Shown: positions 10,733-21,193, counted from the stretch's first letter. The stretch is DNA of 64,000 nt from Desulfatiglandales bacterium (GCA_963662465.1 OY759599.1:8097626-8161625), one strand, 5' to 3'. Notes: a model not told the origin generated them from the letters alone. Numbers and translations: made by a program.

Positions 10733-10975
10733 ATGGACGTTACGGCGACAGAGTTGAAAAACAGATTGGGGAGATACCTGGATACGGCCGAGAGGGTTCC
10801 TGTCATTGTCAAAAAGTCAGGAAGGAAAAAGTCAGTCATCATATCCCATAGAATGTATGAGAGATTCCTTGAAATGGAGGACACATACTGGGCTCAGAAG
10901 GCTCGCGAAGCTGAAGAGGGGGGCTACTTGGGTGAGATTGAAACCAAACGCCTTTTGAGCGAAGAAGATGTATAA
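10733..10975 (+). CDS. Phd/YefM-family antitoxin
   Basis: VTATELKNRLGRYLD...PVIV.K.GR motif; overlaps the downstream RelE gene. Confidence 0.85.
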   Translation: MDVTATELKNRLGRYLDTAERVPVIVKKSGRKKSVIISHRMYERFLEMEDTYWAQKAREAEEGGYLGEIETKRLLSEEDV

Positions 10976-11243
10976 GCTGGATATCACCAAGGCTGCCGGA
11001 AAATTTGTCAAAAAATTGGATGCAAAACAATACCGTCAAGTATTATCAAAAATTCTGGAACTGAGAGAAGAGGCCGATCCCCATGACTCAAAGCAACTCA
11101 TCGGCAGCCCTGAGTACAGACGAGTGGATATAGGTGAGTATCGTGTCATCTATAGAGTTGAAAAAGATACTGTTAAAATCGCTGTCGTTGGCAAACGAAA
11201 CGATGACGATGTTTACAGAAGATTTAAAAGAAAAGACAAATGA
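10968..11243 (+). CDS. RelE/ParE-family toxin
   Basis: YRRVDIGEYRVIY...VVGKR motif. Confidence 0.88.
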   Translation: MYKLDITKAAGKFVKKLDAKQYRQVLSKILELREEADPHDSKQLIGSPEYRRVDIGEYRVIYRVEKDTVKIAVVGKRNDDDVYRRFKRKDK

Positions 11244-11488
11244 GTGTAATAAGGGAAATTAGAGAAGTTCTTGATGGGTCGATTTCTATCGATATGCCGG
11301 CAAGCCTGCTTCATCGGAAAGTGGAGGTGATTGTTATTCCTTTGGATGAAATCTCCAGTGATGATGATTTTAATGGGGAGGATACCTGGCCTTACGGATT
11401 TTTTGAGAAAACGGTCGGTTGCATGGCTGATGATCCTATTCGAAGGCCAGATCAAGGGGAGTACGAACAGCGGGAGCTTCTTGCATGA
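11240..11488 (+). CDS. Putative antitoxin of the downstream VapC
   Basis: Small acidic protein ending RPDQGEYEQRE; overlaps the PIN gene; homologous to 19131-19395. Confidence 0.7.
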   Translation: MSVIREIREVLDGSISIDMPASLLHRKVEVIVIPLDEISSDDDFNGEDTWPYGFFEKTVGCMADDPIRRPDQGEYEQRELLA

Positions 11489-11898
11489 GATACCTTCTCG
11501 ACACGAATGTGTGTATTTCGTATTTGAATAACCCTCAGTCACCCGTTCGTTTTCATCTCGAGCGCTCGGAACCAAGCTCCATATTTGTATGTTCTGTCGT
11601 GAAGGCCGAGCTTTATTTCGGCGTAATGAATAGTCAGTGGTCAGAGAAGAATCTGGAAAAGCTGGAAGTTTTTCTGAAGCCGCTTGGCTCTTTTCCCTTT
11701 GATGACTTGGCAGCTAAACATTATGGGGAAATACGAGCGAAGTTATCAAAAGCAGGCAAAGTGATAGGACCTCACGATATTCAAATCGCCGCTATTGGGC
11801 TCTGCCGGGAGGCGATTCTTGTAACACATAATACACGAGAGTTTTCGCGTGTGGAAGGCCTGGTTGTTGAAGACTGGGAATTGGAAAAACGCAGTTGA
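11485..11898 (+). CDS. vapC: VapC PIN-domain toxin
   Basis: YLLDTNVCI, ELYFG, D.QIAA and LVTHNTREF motifs. Confidence 0.92.
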   Translation: MRYLLDTNVCISYLNNPQSPVRFHLERSEPSSIFVCSVVKAELYFGVMNSQWSEKNLEKLEVFLKPLGSFPFDDLAAKHYGEIRAKLSKAGKVIGPHDIQIAAIGLCREAILVTHNTREFSRVEGLVVEDWELEKRS

Positions 11899-12110
11899 GT
11901 ACCAACCCCCATTACACTCGCCGCTTGGATGGATGAAGCCGTGAAGCACAGGAACAAACATCGTGAGGTCAAGTGGACGGAAAGCATCGCGGCCTGCCCA
12001 GTTAAATCTGGTTGTTCTATTTAACCGGGGTGGGAAGCAAGGAGTTCGTGGAAAAGATCAAAGAAAAGCTGAAGGCCTTATTTCTGAGTCGTAAGGTGGA
12101 AGGGGAAGAA
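11899..12110 (+). pseudogene. C-terminal remnant of a REP-associated tyrosine transposase (RAYT-like), split by a hairpin insert
   Basis: Encodes KWTESIA|VGSKEFVEKIKEKL with a 38-bp palindromic insert at about 11992-12029; family call from motif recall only. Confidence 0.5.
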
Positions 12111-12116
12111 TGCCGA

Positions 12117-12173
12117 TATCTCACAGAGGAAGACCAAAAGAAAATTGCGGCTGCTATCGGGGATAGACCATAG
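12117..12173 (+). pseudogene. Divergent DegT 3'-end copy (also at 14635-14691)
   Basis: YLTEEDQKKIAAAIGDRP* followed by CCATAGC-type repeats. Confidence 0.7.
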
Positions 12174-12312
12174 CCGAAAGCCTTAACCCATAGCCTGTTT
12201 TTCGTGCCCATAGCCTATCGCCCCATAGCCTAATACCTTTTACACCTTGGTTTTCTTCGTTACCTTCTTTAAAAATATGTAAAGATCTAAATATCCCTTT
12301 TGTGAGGTAGAG

Positions 12313-12537
12313 ATGAAATTTAGAGCGGTCATAAAGAAATCAGAGGGCTGGTGGATTGGCTGGCTGGTCGATTTGCCAGGTGTAAATGCTCAGGAAAAGA
12401 CACAAAAGGAACTGCTTGATTCTTTAAGAATCGGCGCTGAAGATATGCTTTCGATGGAAGTCCCTTTTGAGCCCGAAGCGCAAATGACGACCGTTATGGT
12501 CAAAGATCCGGCATGGGCGGAAAACCAGACTGCCTAA
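12313..12537 (+). CDS. hicB: HicB-family antitoxin (orphan)
   Basis: WWIGW..DLPGVNAQEKT..EL motif. Confidence 0.8.
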   Translation: MKFRAVIKKSEGWWIGWLVDLPGVNAQEKTQKELLDSLRIGAEDMLSMEVPFEPEAQMTTVMVKDPAWAENQTA

Positions 12538-12689
12538 AATTGCAACAGCTATCGTCCCAACCTGTAGCCCATGGCCCATCGCCTAATACCTTTTCATTCT
12601 TCGTTTTCTTCGTTACCTTCTGTAAAAAGCCCTTAACAAAAATCCTGTAAAATCCTGTAAATCCTGTCTAAAAAAAAACCGGAGACCCC

Positions 12690-14447
12690 TTGATGCAACA
12701 ACACCAACCCAATGCAACCATTGACCACGCCTCCTCTCCTCTCGACGTGTCCACCTCCCCCAGCGGAGAGGAGTTCCCTTTGCCGCGGCCCGAGGACTAT
12801 AACCAGGAATTCAAGAGACTCAAGCAACTGGTGAATGAACAACGCCTCAAAGGACGGGAAATTGTCGTCGTCATGGGTGTCGGGTTTGTGGGCGCTGTCA
12901 TGGCGGGCGTGGTTGCCGACTCCGTGGATGGGGAAACAGGGGAATCCAGGTACTTCGTCATCGGTATGCAGCGGCCTTCTCCCCGATCTTTTTGGAAAAT
13001 CCCGTACCTAAACCGGGGCATTTCCCCTGTGGAGGCTGAAGACCCGGATGTGGCGCCCTTGATTCAACGGTGTGTACAGGACAAGCAGACCCTCACAGCC
13101 ACCTTTACCTACGACGCTCTGTCACTTGCTGATGTGGTGGTAGTGGATGTTCAGTGCGATTACCACAAGGAGAGCCTGGGGAATGTTCGTCAGGGACATG
13201 CCGACATAGAGGCGCTGGAAGAGAGTCTCAAGATTATCGGAGAGAAGATTGAAGCGCACTGTCTGGTCTTGATCGAAACGACCGTTCCTCCCGGCACCAC
13301 GGAGTATGTGGCTTTCCCCATCATAAAAAGGGCCTTTGAAAAACGCGGCCTTTTCCAGAAACCGACCTCCGACCTCCGTCCTCTGACCTCCGACCTCCGT
13401 CCTCCGACCTCCGACCTCCGAAAAACGGCGGAGCCGCTTTTAGCCCATTCCTTTGAGCGGGTCATGCCTGGGCGGGAATACGTGGCCTCCATCCGCGACT
13501 TCTGGCGGGTTTGCTCCGGTATCAACCAAGAATCCAGGGAGCGGGTGGAACTGTTTTTGTCCAACATCCTGAATGTAGATAAGTTCCCCCTGACCGTGCT
13601 GGACCGGCCCATTGAAAGCGAGACCTGCAAGATCGTAGAGAACTCCTACAGGGCCACCATTCTGGCATTCATGGACGAATGGAGCCGGTTTTCCGAGAAA
13701 AACGGGGTTGACCTCATCAAGGTCGTGAAGGCCATCAAGGTGCGACCCACGCACGCCAACATGATTTTCCCCGGTCCCGGCATTGGGGGATACTGCCTTC
13801 CGAAAGACGGAGGTCTTGGCGTCTGGGCCTATCATACGCTTATGGGGTTTGAAGATGACATCTTCAAGATCACCCCCATGGCCATCGACATCAACGATAC
13901 CCGTGCCCTGCATGTGGCCCAGTTGGTGCGTGATGCGCTGCGGAATATGGGACGGATAGTGGCCGCCTCCAAAATTGCGGTATTGGGCGCCTCCTACCGG
14001 GAAGATGTGGGCGACACGCGTTACAGCGGTTCAGAGATGGTCGTCCGGAAACTCACGGAGATGGGCGCGGATGTGGTGGTTCATGATCCGTATGTCAGCC
14101 ACTGGTGGGAGCTGGAAAAGCAGGATACCTATCCCTCTCCCGGCCATTCGTGGTCGCGGTTTTTCAGGAACCAGGAAAAGTTGAAGGAAACCGTTGTCCA
14201 AGATGACCTGAATAAGACCCTGTCCGGAGCCGATGCCGTTATTTTGGCGGTGAGACATCAGGCTTATCTCAATCTGGACCCGGATGGGGTGGTGGAAATG
14301 ATCGGTGGTCCGGCGGCTGTGGTGGACTGCTTCGGGGTGTTGGACGATGTGGCCATCAAGCGGTATTTCGAGTTGGGCTGCGAGGTCAAGGGACTTGGGC
14401 GGGGGCATATTAAGCGGATTAAGGATGCGGTCAGAGCTTCTGCGTAG
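12690..14447 (+). CDS. UDP-glucose/GDP-mannose dehydrogenase-family nucleotide-sugar dehydrogenase
   Basis: GVGFVG, ETTVPPGTT, KIVENSYR and GGYCLPKD motifs; in-frame heptamer repeat at about 13360-13420. Confidence 0.9.
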   Translation: MMQQHQPNATIDHASSPLDVSTSPSGEEFPLPRPEDYNQEFKRLKQLVNEQRLKGREIVVVMGVGFVGAVMAGVVADSVDGETGESRYFVIGMQRPSPRSFWKIPYLNRGISPVEAEDPDVAPLIQRCVQDKQTLTATFTYDALSLADVVVVDVQCDYHKESLGNVRQGHADIEALEESLKIIGEKIEAHCLVLIETTVPPGTTEYVAFPIIKRAFEKRGLFQKPTSDLRPLTSDLRPPTSDLRKTAEPLLAHSFERVMPGREYVASIRDFWRVCSGINQESRERVELFLSNILNVDKFPLTVLDRPIESETCKIVENSYRATILAFMDEWSRFSEKNGVDLIKVVKAIKVRPTHANMIFPGPGIGGYCLPKDGGLGVWAYHTLMGFEDDIFKITPMAIDINDTRALHVAQLVRDALRNMGRIVAASKIAVLGASYREDVGDTRYSGSEMVVRKLTEMGADVVVHDPYVSHWWELEKQDTYPSPGHSWSRFFRNQEKLKETVVQDDLNKTLSGADAVILAVRHQAYLNLDPDGVVEMIGGPAAVVDCFGVLDDVAIKRYFELGCEVKGLGRGHIKRIKDAVRASA

Positions 14448-14888
14448 GGAACTATAAATGTAAGAGTTGGCAACTCAAAACTCAAAACCCAAAACTCAAA
14501 ACTCAAAACCCAAAACCATCTTTGCTCTCTTCGTTACCTTCTGTAAAAAGCCCTTAAAAAAAATCCTGTAAAATCCTGTTAATCCTGTCAAAAAAAGAGT
14601 TATGGAATTATGAACAATGTCCCCCATTCCCCTCTATCTCACAGAGGATGACCAAAAGAAAATTGCGGCTGCTATCGGGGATAGACCATAGCCTAATACC
14701 TATCGCCCATAGGGGGAGGAATATGAGGGAAACCAGTGGCATTATGAACTGGGAGAGAAAGGGGCTGCTTACAGTGCCAATTTTGCCCCCAAAAATGTAC
14801 TTCTAAGCCCAGAAAACGCATATATTTTGGACTTAAATATTGAATAATCAATAGGATAGTTTGGTCAGACCCCAGACTGCAGCATGAC

Positions 14889-15743
14889 ATGAGCGCAGAA
14901 AATAAAATTCAGTTATTTCAAAACCAAAGCGTAAGAACACATTGGGATGAAGAACAAGAAAAATGGTTTTTTTCTATTGTGGATGTTATTGCAATTTTAA
15001 CGGAGCAAAAAGATTATCAAGGAGCAAGAAATTACTGGAAAGTATTAAAACATAGACTTGTAAAAGAAGGAAACGAAACGGTTACAAATTGTAACCGTTT
15101 GAAAATGATTGCCAAAGATGGCAAAATGCGAATGACTGATGTAGCTGATACTCAACAGCTATTACGTCTTATCCAATCTGTTCCATCGCCGAAAGCAGAG
15201 CCTTTTAAAATCTGGTTGGCAAAAGTAGGTGCACAGCGGATAGACGAAATAGAGGATCCCGAACTATCTTTTGAACGTGCTATGGAAACCTACCTTGCAA
15301 AAGGATACTCCAGGGAGTGGATAAACCAACGCCTGAAAAGTATTGAAGTTAGAAAAGAACTAACAGACGAATGGCAAGAAAGAGGAATGAAACAAGGCTT
15401 GGAATACGCCATTTTAACCAATGAACTCACTCAAGCCTGGGCCGGAAAAAATGTAAAAGAATACAAGAAATACAAAGGGTTGAAAAAGGAAAACTTGCGA
15501 GATAATATGAGCAACCTTGAACTGGTTTTGAATATGCTTGCAGAAGCTTCTACAGCAGAAATATCGAAAGAAAAGATACCAAAAGGATTAGAAGAAAATA
15601 AGGATATTGCTCGTAAAGGTGGTAATGCTGCTAAAAAAGCAAGATTGGAGATTGAAAAACAAACAGGGAAACCAGTCGTAACAACTAAAAATGCAAACAA
15701 CCTTTTAGACAAACCTAATCATGAAAATATTGAAAATGAGTAA
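14889..15743 (+). CDS. BRO-N domain / phage antirepressor-like protein
   Basis: WFFSIVDVI..LT...RNYWKVLK, RLIQSVPSPKAEPFK.WLA motifs; low-GC cassette. Confidence 0.85.
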   Translation: MSAENKIQLFQNQSVRTHWDEEQEKWFFSIVDVIAILTEQKDYQGARNYWKVLKHRLVKEGNETVTNCNRLKMIAKDGKMRMTDVADTQQLLRLIQSVPSPKAEPFKIWLAKVGAQRIDEIEDPELSFERAMETYLAKGYSREWINQRLKSIEVRKELTDEWQERGMKQGLEYAILTNELTQAWAGKNVKEYKKYKGLKKENLRDNMSNLELVLNMLAEASTAEISKEKIPKGLEENKDIARKGGNAAKKARLEIEKQTGKPVVTTKNANNLLDKPNHENIENE

Positions 15744-15837
15744 ATCATTAGGCTTTTACAGCTTAGTTTTCTTCCTTAACTTCTGTAAAAAGCCCGAAGC
15801 AAACATCCTGATAATCCTGTAAATCCTGTCAAAAAAA

Positions 15838-16615
15838 ATGGAGCCGGTTTTCCGAGAAAAACGGGGTTGACCTCATCAAGGTTGTGAAGGCCATCAAGGT
15901 GCGACCCACGCACGCCAACATGATTTTCCCCGGCCCGGGCATTGGGGGATACTGCCTTCCGAAAGACGGAGGTCTTGGCGTCTGGGCCTATCACACCCTG
16001 ATGGGGTTTGAAGATGACATCTTCAAAATCACCCCCATGGCCATCGACATCAACGATACCCGTGCCCTGCATGTGGCCCAGTTGGTGCGTGATGCGCTGC
16101 GGAATATGGGACGGATAGTGGCCGCCTCCAAAATTGCGGTATTGGGCGCTTCCTACCGGGAAGATGTGGGCGACACGCGTTACAGCGGTTCAGAGATGGT
16201 CGTCCGGAAACTCACGGAGATGGGCGCGGATGTGGTGGTTCATGATCCGTATGTCAGCCACTGGTGGGAGTTGGAAAAGCAGGATACCTATCCCTCTCCC
16301 GGCCATTCGTGGTCCCGGTTTTTCAGGAACCAGGACAAACTGAAGGAAATCGCCGTTCAGGATGACCTGAATAAGACCCTGTCTGGAGCCGATGCCATTA
16401 TTTTGGCGGTGCGACACCGGGCCTATCTTGATCTGGACCCGGATGGGGTAGTGGAAATGATCGGGGGTCCGGCGGCCGTGGTGGATTGTTTCGGGGTGTT
16501 GGACGATGCGGGGATCAAGCGGTATTTCGAGTTGGGTTGTGAAGTGAAAGGCCTGGGTCGAGGCCACGTGAAACGGATTAAAGACAAGGTGCGCAGTGCT
16601 TTTCAGAGCCGATAA
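15838..16615 (+). pseudogene. 3'-half duplicate of the nucleotide-sugar dehydrogenase
   Basis: Near-identical to about 13679-14440; starts right after a 9-mer triplet and A-run; different last residues. Confidence 0.85.
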
Positions 16616-16682
16616 AAAATAAACCCGCTCACCCCTTTACACTATCACGGTAATCGGAAAATCGAAAGAAACGCATGAATGC

Positions 16683-17321
16683 ATGGGCGTCCCTCTGCCC
16701 AAAAACTCAAAACTCAAAACCCAAAACCCAAACCCAACCCCCAACGACTACTTCGCTCACGAAACCGCGGTAATTGACGATGACGTTACTATCGGAAAAG
16801 GGACGAAAATCTGGCATTTCTCCCATATCCTGTCCAATTCTAATCTGGGTGAAAACTGCAACATCGGCCAGAATGTGGTGATCGGCCCGGATGTCACCAT
16901 CGGCAAAGGGTGCAAGATCCAGAACAATGTCTCCGTCTACAAAGGCGTCACCCTGGAAGACGGTGTCTTCTGCGGCCCTTCCATGGTCTTTACCAACATC
17001 TACAACCCCCGGGCGGAAATTCGCAAAATGGACCAGGTCCGCCCCACCCTTGTGAAACACGGCGCCACCCTGGGCGCCAACTGTACCATCGTATGCGGAA
17101 CCACCATCGGGGAATACGGCTTTGTGGGTGCCGGCGCCGTCATCACCCACAATGTCCCCAACCACGCCCTCATGCTGGGCAACCCCGCCCGCCGTGTCGG
17201 TTGGATGTGTCAATGCGGAGAACGTCTGACCGACGACCTCGACTGCCTCACGTGCGAAAAAACCTATGAAAAAAATGAAGAAGGCCTAAGAGAAATAATT
17301 AGACAGGATCAACAGGATTAA
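16683..17321 (+). CDS. Stand-alone second copy of the WbpD-like N-acetyltransferase domain
   Basis: Closely similar to the C-terminal domain of 7680-9332; N-terminus ([12 protein letters not shown]) encoded by heptamer repeats. Confidence 0.75.
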   Translation: MGVPLPKNSKLKTQNPNPTPNDYFAHETAVIDDDVTIGKGTKIWHFSHILSNSNLGENCNIGQNVVIGPDVTIGKGCKIQNNVSVYKGVTLEDGVFCGPSMVFTNIYNPRAEIRKMDQVRPTLVKHGATLGANCTIVCGTTIGEYGFVGAGAVITHNVPNHALMLGNPARRVGWMCQCGERLTDDLDCLTCEKTYEKNEEGLREIIRQDQQD

Positions 17322-17387
17322 CAAGATAAAATATTAAAAAAATCCTGTAAAATCCTGTTAATCCTGTCAAATAAAAACAGAGGAAAA

Positions 17388-17471
17388 ATGCAATTCATCG
17401 ATCTCAAAACCCAACAAACCAGAATCCGCCAGGCCTTTGACTACGGCCGGTACATAATGGACCCGGAATAG
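17388..17471 (+). pseudogene. DegT 5'-start fragment (another at 22159-22195)
   Basis: MQFIDLKTQQTRIRQAFDYGRYIMDPE* after the same hairpin and RBS as the intact gene. Confidence 0.75.
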
Positions 17472-17601
17472 GCATTAAGAATGAAAACAGGGTTCAAAGA
17501 TTTAAAAGTTTGGCAAAACGTGAGGTCCGACCCCAAGCTCCTAAATGATATAGAAGTATAGAATTGCAAACCGACGTTCCCCATTGTACATTGGAGAGGA
17601 T

Positions 17602-17778
17602 ATGTCCAAAGAGATTGGAAAACACTTTTCGAATATGTCATTAGTTTTTCTCGGCGGTGTTTTTGTTCAATCTGCTTTGAAGGAAGACTGGAGGATAGCA
17701 CTTGTAGGACTTGGATTTAGCGTATTTTTCACATGTTTAGGCGCTGCAATCTTAGCAAAACAAAAGGAGAAAGAATAA
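17602..17778 (+). CDS. Small two-TM membrane protein
   Basis: RBS GGAGAGGA; two hydrophobic segments; basic C-terminal tail. Confidence 0.6.
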   Translation: MSKEIGKHFSNMSLVFLGGVFVQSALKEDWRIALVGLGFSVFFTCLGAAILAKQKEKE

Positions 17779-17867
17779 TGCTTGAGGTATTTATAGCGGC
17801 CGGGATAGCTTTCGGGATTCTGGGTATATTTCTTTACAAACTTCTTACCAAAGAAAAGAAAACCTAG
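17778..17867 (+). CDS. 29-aa single-TM peptide
   Basis: TAATG coupling to the upstream gene with AGGAG upstream; MLEVFIAAGIAFGILGIFLYKLLTKEKKT. Confidence 0.5.
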   Translation: MLEVFIAAGIAFGILGIFLYKLLTKEKKT

Positions 17868-18142
17868 CGGCATATCCAAGATGCCGCAGCTCGGAGTTCT
17901 GTAGATTCGGAACGTCCCTTTTTTACCCATTCGAAAGCTTTTTCTTAAAGGCCCCATTTTGACCCCAAAAAAAGGTCTTCCAAGGTCTTAAAACAGTCTG
18001 TTTTTGAGCTGTATTGCAACCCTATCAGTTTGTTACTGAGGCCCTCAAGACCCCTGAAAAAATTAGCCAGGGTTTACAAGGTTAACGAGATAAAATAATA
18101 AAAAAATCCTGCAAAATCCTGTTAATCCTGTCAAAAAAAAAA

Positions 18143-18438
18143 GGTCCCGGTTTTTCAGGAACCAGGACAAACTGAAGGAAATCTCAGTTCAGGATGACCT
18201 GAATAAGACCTTGTCCGGAGCCGATGCCGTTATTTTGGCGGTGCGACACCGGGCCTATCTTGATCTGGACCCGGATGGGGTGGTGGAAATGATCGGTGGT
18301 CCGGCGGCTGTGGTGGACTGCTTCGGTTTCTTGGACGATGCAGCCATCAAGCGGTATTTTGAGTTGGGTTGTGAGGTTAAAGGTCTTGGCCGGGGGCATA
18401 TTAAGCGGATTAAGGATGCGGTCAGAGCTTCTGCGTAG
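18143..18438 (+). pseudogene. 3' fragment of the dehydrogenase
   Basis: Starts GGTCCCGGTTTTTCAGG after a 9-mer triplet and A-run; ends IKDAVRASA*. Confidence 0.85.
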
Positions 18439-18561
18439 GGAACTATAAGCTGTATTTTTTTCCTTAACTCAAAACCCAAAACCCAAAACCTGGGCGTCCC
18501 ACTGCCCATAATGAGAATTGCTGCTTGACATCCGCCGCTCCTTGGAATATATGTTCGCACC

Positions 18562-18945
18562 ATGAACCAATCATTCGAACAGGAAATCCGGTACAAGATC
18601 CTCAAGATTTTAGCCGCTGAACCCCATATCGCCCAGCGGGAACTGGCCCGCCGGATGGGCATCAGCCTGGGCAAGACCAACTTTGTCCTGTCCGAGCTGG
18701 CGGAAAAGGGCATCATCAAAATCAAGCGTTTCAAGGACGCGCCCCAAAAGATTCCCTATTCCTACATGTTGACGCCCCTGGGCCTGGAGCAAAAAGCCAA
18801 AATCACCGCCCTGTTCCTGAAGCGAAAATTAATGGAATACGAAGAAATCAAATACCAGATAGAAGAAATCACCGAAGAACTCAAAACAGTCGAAAACCTG
18901 GGTGATTCAGACCTGCATTTATTGAAAGAAACAGCCAAAATTTAA
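18562..18945 (+). CDS. Second MarR-family EPS-associated regulator
   Basis: QRELARRMGISLGKTNF...YSYMLTPLG...FLKRK..EYE; TTGACA at 18525. Confidence 0.88.
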   Translation: MNQSFEQEIRYKILKILAAEPHIAQRELARRMGISLGKTNFVLSELAEKGIIKIKRFKDAPQKIPYSYMLTPLGLEQKAKITALFLKRKLMEYEEIKYQIEEITEELKTVENLGDSDLHLLKETAKI

Positions 18946-19130
18946 ACGGAAGACTTAAAACGTAAAACGTAAAACCTTTTCCCCACTTTCGTAACTCAAG
19001 GGGCGGAGCTGTCTGAAGCGGCAAGCCGCGGATTTAAGTTTTACGTTTTAGGGGGATAACCTTACAAACCTGCCAACGTCCCATTACGTCCCCCTAATTA
19101 AAGGGCGTTATGCTATTAGGATGAAGGAGG

Positions 19131-19726
19131 TTGCAGATGGAGACACAAACATCAAAAACAAAAACCTCTTCTTTGGAAGCCATTGTTCGCAAAACCATAC
19201 AGAGCAATTTGTTGGAAGGGATTATCGAAATTCCTAACAAACTTAGGAATCGTTTGGTGGAGGTGATTCTTTTGCCTGTTGTTAGTGAAAAACACAACGG
19301 TCAAAGTAATATGAAGTCAGGTTCCTCTCTGAAGCGCTTCGCAGGTGCATGGTCCGGGGAACAACTCGTCAGGGAAGATCAGGGAAACTATGAGGTCCGT
19401 TTCTTTCAGCTGATCCAGCAACAATTTGGCTTTGTTCGGTTGTAAAAGCCGAATTGTTCTTCGGTGCTCTGAAAAGTGTTCGAATCAAAGAAAACCTTCG
19501 GCTTTTGGATGAATTGTTTGCAAATTTCGATTCTGTTTTTTTTGACGACGATGCTGCTCGAAAATACGGCGAGATCCGTTCGGATCTTGCTCGGAAGGGT
19601 ACTCCAATTGGTCCGAACGATTTGATGATTGCGGCTATAGCTTCAGTGCATGAGGCAGTACTTGTTACGCATAACACCAGAGAATTTGCGCGAGTAATAG
19701 GCCTCACAATTGAAGACTGGGAATAG
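19131..19726 (+). pseudogene. Antitoxin-VapC pair fused by an internal deletion
   Basis: Antitoxin ends REDQGNYEVR; the PIN remnant lacks the N-terminal LLDTN but keeps IGPNDLMIAA and LVTHNTREF. Confidence 0.75.
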
Positions 19727-19835
19727 CCAAAAAGAGCTGATCTGTATCCAAAGGAAGCAAGAAGGGAATGAGATAATCTGCACTCACGCCACAAAAGCCC
19801 TTTTGATTCCCATGCTGCACGATGCTAGGAAAAAA

Positions 19836-19915
19836 GGTGTAGGGTATAGGGTTTAAGGTATAAGGCGAACCCCGCACCTTGTTCCCTACACCTTAAACCT
19901 TAAACCCTGAACCCT
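19836..19915. repeat. Heptamer inverted hairpin (AGGGTAT-like left arm / ACCTTAA-like right arm)
   Basis: GGTGTAGGGTATAGGGTTTAAGGTATAAGG ... CCCTACACCTTAAACCTTAAACCCTGAACCC. Confidence 0.75.
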
Positions 19916-20001
19916 GCGTAAAGAAAGCCTGACCCCAGCAATAGAAAAAAAAAGATAAATCCTTGAAATCCTGTTAATCCTGTCAAAAAAAAAGGCTGAA
20001 A

Positions 20002-20217
20002 ATGAAAACTACCCAAGCCAACATCGCCTTCATCGGTGCCGGTGCTGTGGTCACACGAAACGCCCCGGCCCACGCCCTCATGCTCGGCAACCCCGCTCGC
20101 AGAACGGGCTGGATGTGCCGGTGCGGAGAACGCTTGACCGACGACCTGGACTGCCTTGCCTGCGGCAAAACCTATGAAAAAAACGAAGACGGCTTAAAAG
20201 AAATTAGACAGGATTAA
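20002..20217 (+). pseudogene. Internally deleted wbpB-wbpD fusion (5' start joined to 3' end)
   Basis: MKTTQANIAFIGAG resembles the WbpB start [20 protein letters not shown]...IRQD matches the WbpD end. Confidence 0.8.
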
Positions 20218-20369
20218 CAGGATCAACAAGATTAAAAACAAGAAAACAATCCTGCAAAATTCTGTTAATCCTGTCAGAAAACAGTTTTTTGTTGAAAAAA
20301 CCTTTCAGATGTGTATAAGAACTTGCCTTCTTTGTAAAGCATCCGGTAATATTTGATAATCTTCTTGAG

Positions 20370-20903
20370 ATGATGGGGTCGAATGCTGAAATTGTCTATG
20401 TTGATAAAATCGTTCCCGATGCTTACCATGGAACTGAGCTTAAAACAGCTCTAAAAATACTCAGAGGAAAGAACTTTATTCCGAGCAGAGGGAAAGAAAC
20501 ATATTTAGGGGATGGCGTATATTTTTACGAAAGCTCATTATGGCACGCCAGACAATGGTGTCAAAGGCGTTTTCCTGGTTTAAGACATGGTGTAATTTGT
20601 GCTGCAATCAATTTAAGGAGGTGTTTGGACCTCCATAATTACGAACACCGCAAGCTTCTTCAGCAAGTAAGATTAAACTTGGAAATGAAAGGTTACAAAA
20701 AATTAACCGACACTTTTTTGATAAACTTCTGCGCTACCAACATAAAAGAATTTGACACCGTTAGATGGACATACACCGCAACTGGCGGCAAATATGGCAA
20801 AATATATCCAGGATCAAGAATAGATGATTTTTCACAGCTCATAATTTGCGTAAGAAACCAGGAATCAATTCTCAGCATTGAACTGGCTGATGAGGGGGGC
20901 TGA
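20370..20903 (+). CDS. Putative ADP-ribosyltransferase-fold toxin (CmdT-like)
   Basis: AYHGT, YLGDGVYFY and terminal QLIICVR motifs; first gene of a triad ending in a SecB-like gene. Confidence 0.6.
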   Translation: MMGSNAEIVYVDKIVPDAYHGTELKTALKILRGKNFIPSRGKETYLGDGVYFYESSLWHARQWCQRRFPGLRHGVICAAINLRRCLDLHNYEHRKLLQQVRLNLEMKGYKKLTDTFLINFCATNIKEFDTVRWTYTATGGKYGKIYPGSRIDDFSQLIICVRNQESILSIELADEGG

Positions 20904-20905
20904 AA

Positions 20906-21178
20906 ATGGAAAATGAGTTAAGAGATTTCAGGCAAAAAATAGTTCAGTATTTTTCCGAAATAAGCGATGACCAACTCCGTAAAGATATGGAAAAGGCCGG
21001 ATATGAGGTTTATAAAAATGTAGATGTCCATATTTTGAGCGATGCTGTTTCTGAAGAAGAATTTACATTTTCGGTAAAGAGCAGAACAGCCCGGACTGCC
21101 TTCAACAAAGTAGACCTTAGGTTTCATAACGTTTTTACGCCAGACAACCATCCATATAATTTCAAGATTGCTGCTTAA
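20906..21178 (+). CDS. Putative chaperone-addicted antitoxin (CmdA-like)
   Basis: 90 aa; aromatic-rich C-terminal tail ending -IAA; lies between the toxin and the SecB-like gene. Confidence 0.55.
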   Translation: MENELRDFRQKIVQYFSEISDDQLRKDMEKAGYEVYKNVDVHILSDAVSEEEFTFSVKSRTARTAFNKVDLRFHNVFTPDNHPYNFKIAA

Positions 21179-21193
21179 AGGCGCCTTCATAAA

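Noticed and set aside
14889..15743. Prophage (BRO, ImmA/IrrE, Gp49-like genes)
   Set aside because: Isolated genes; no structural, packaging or integrase genes.
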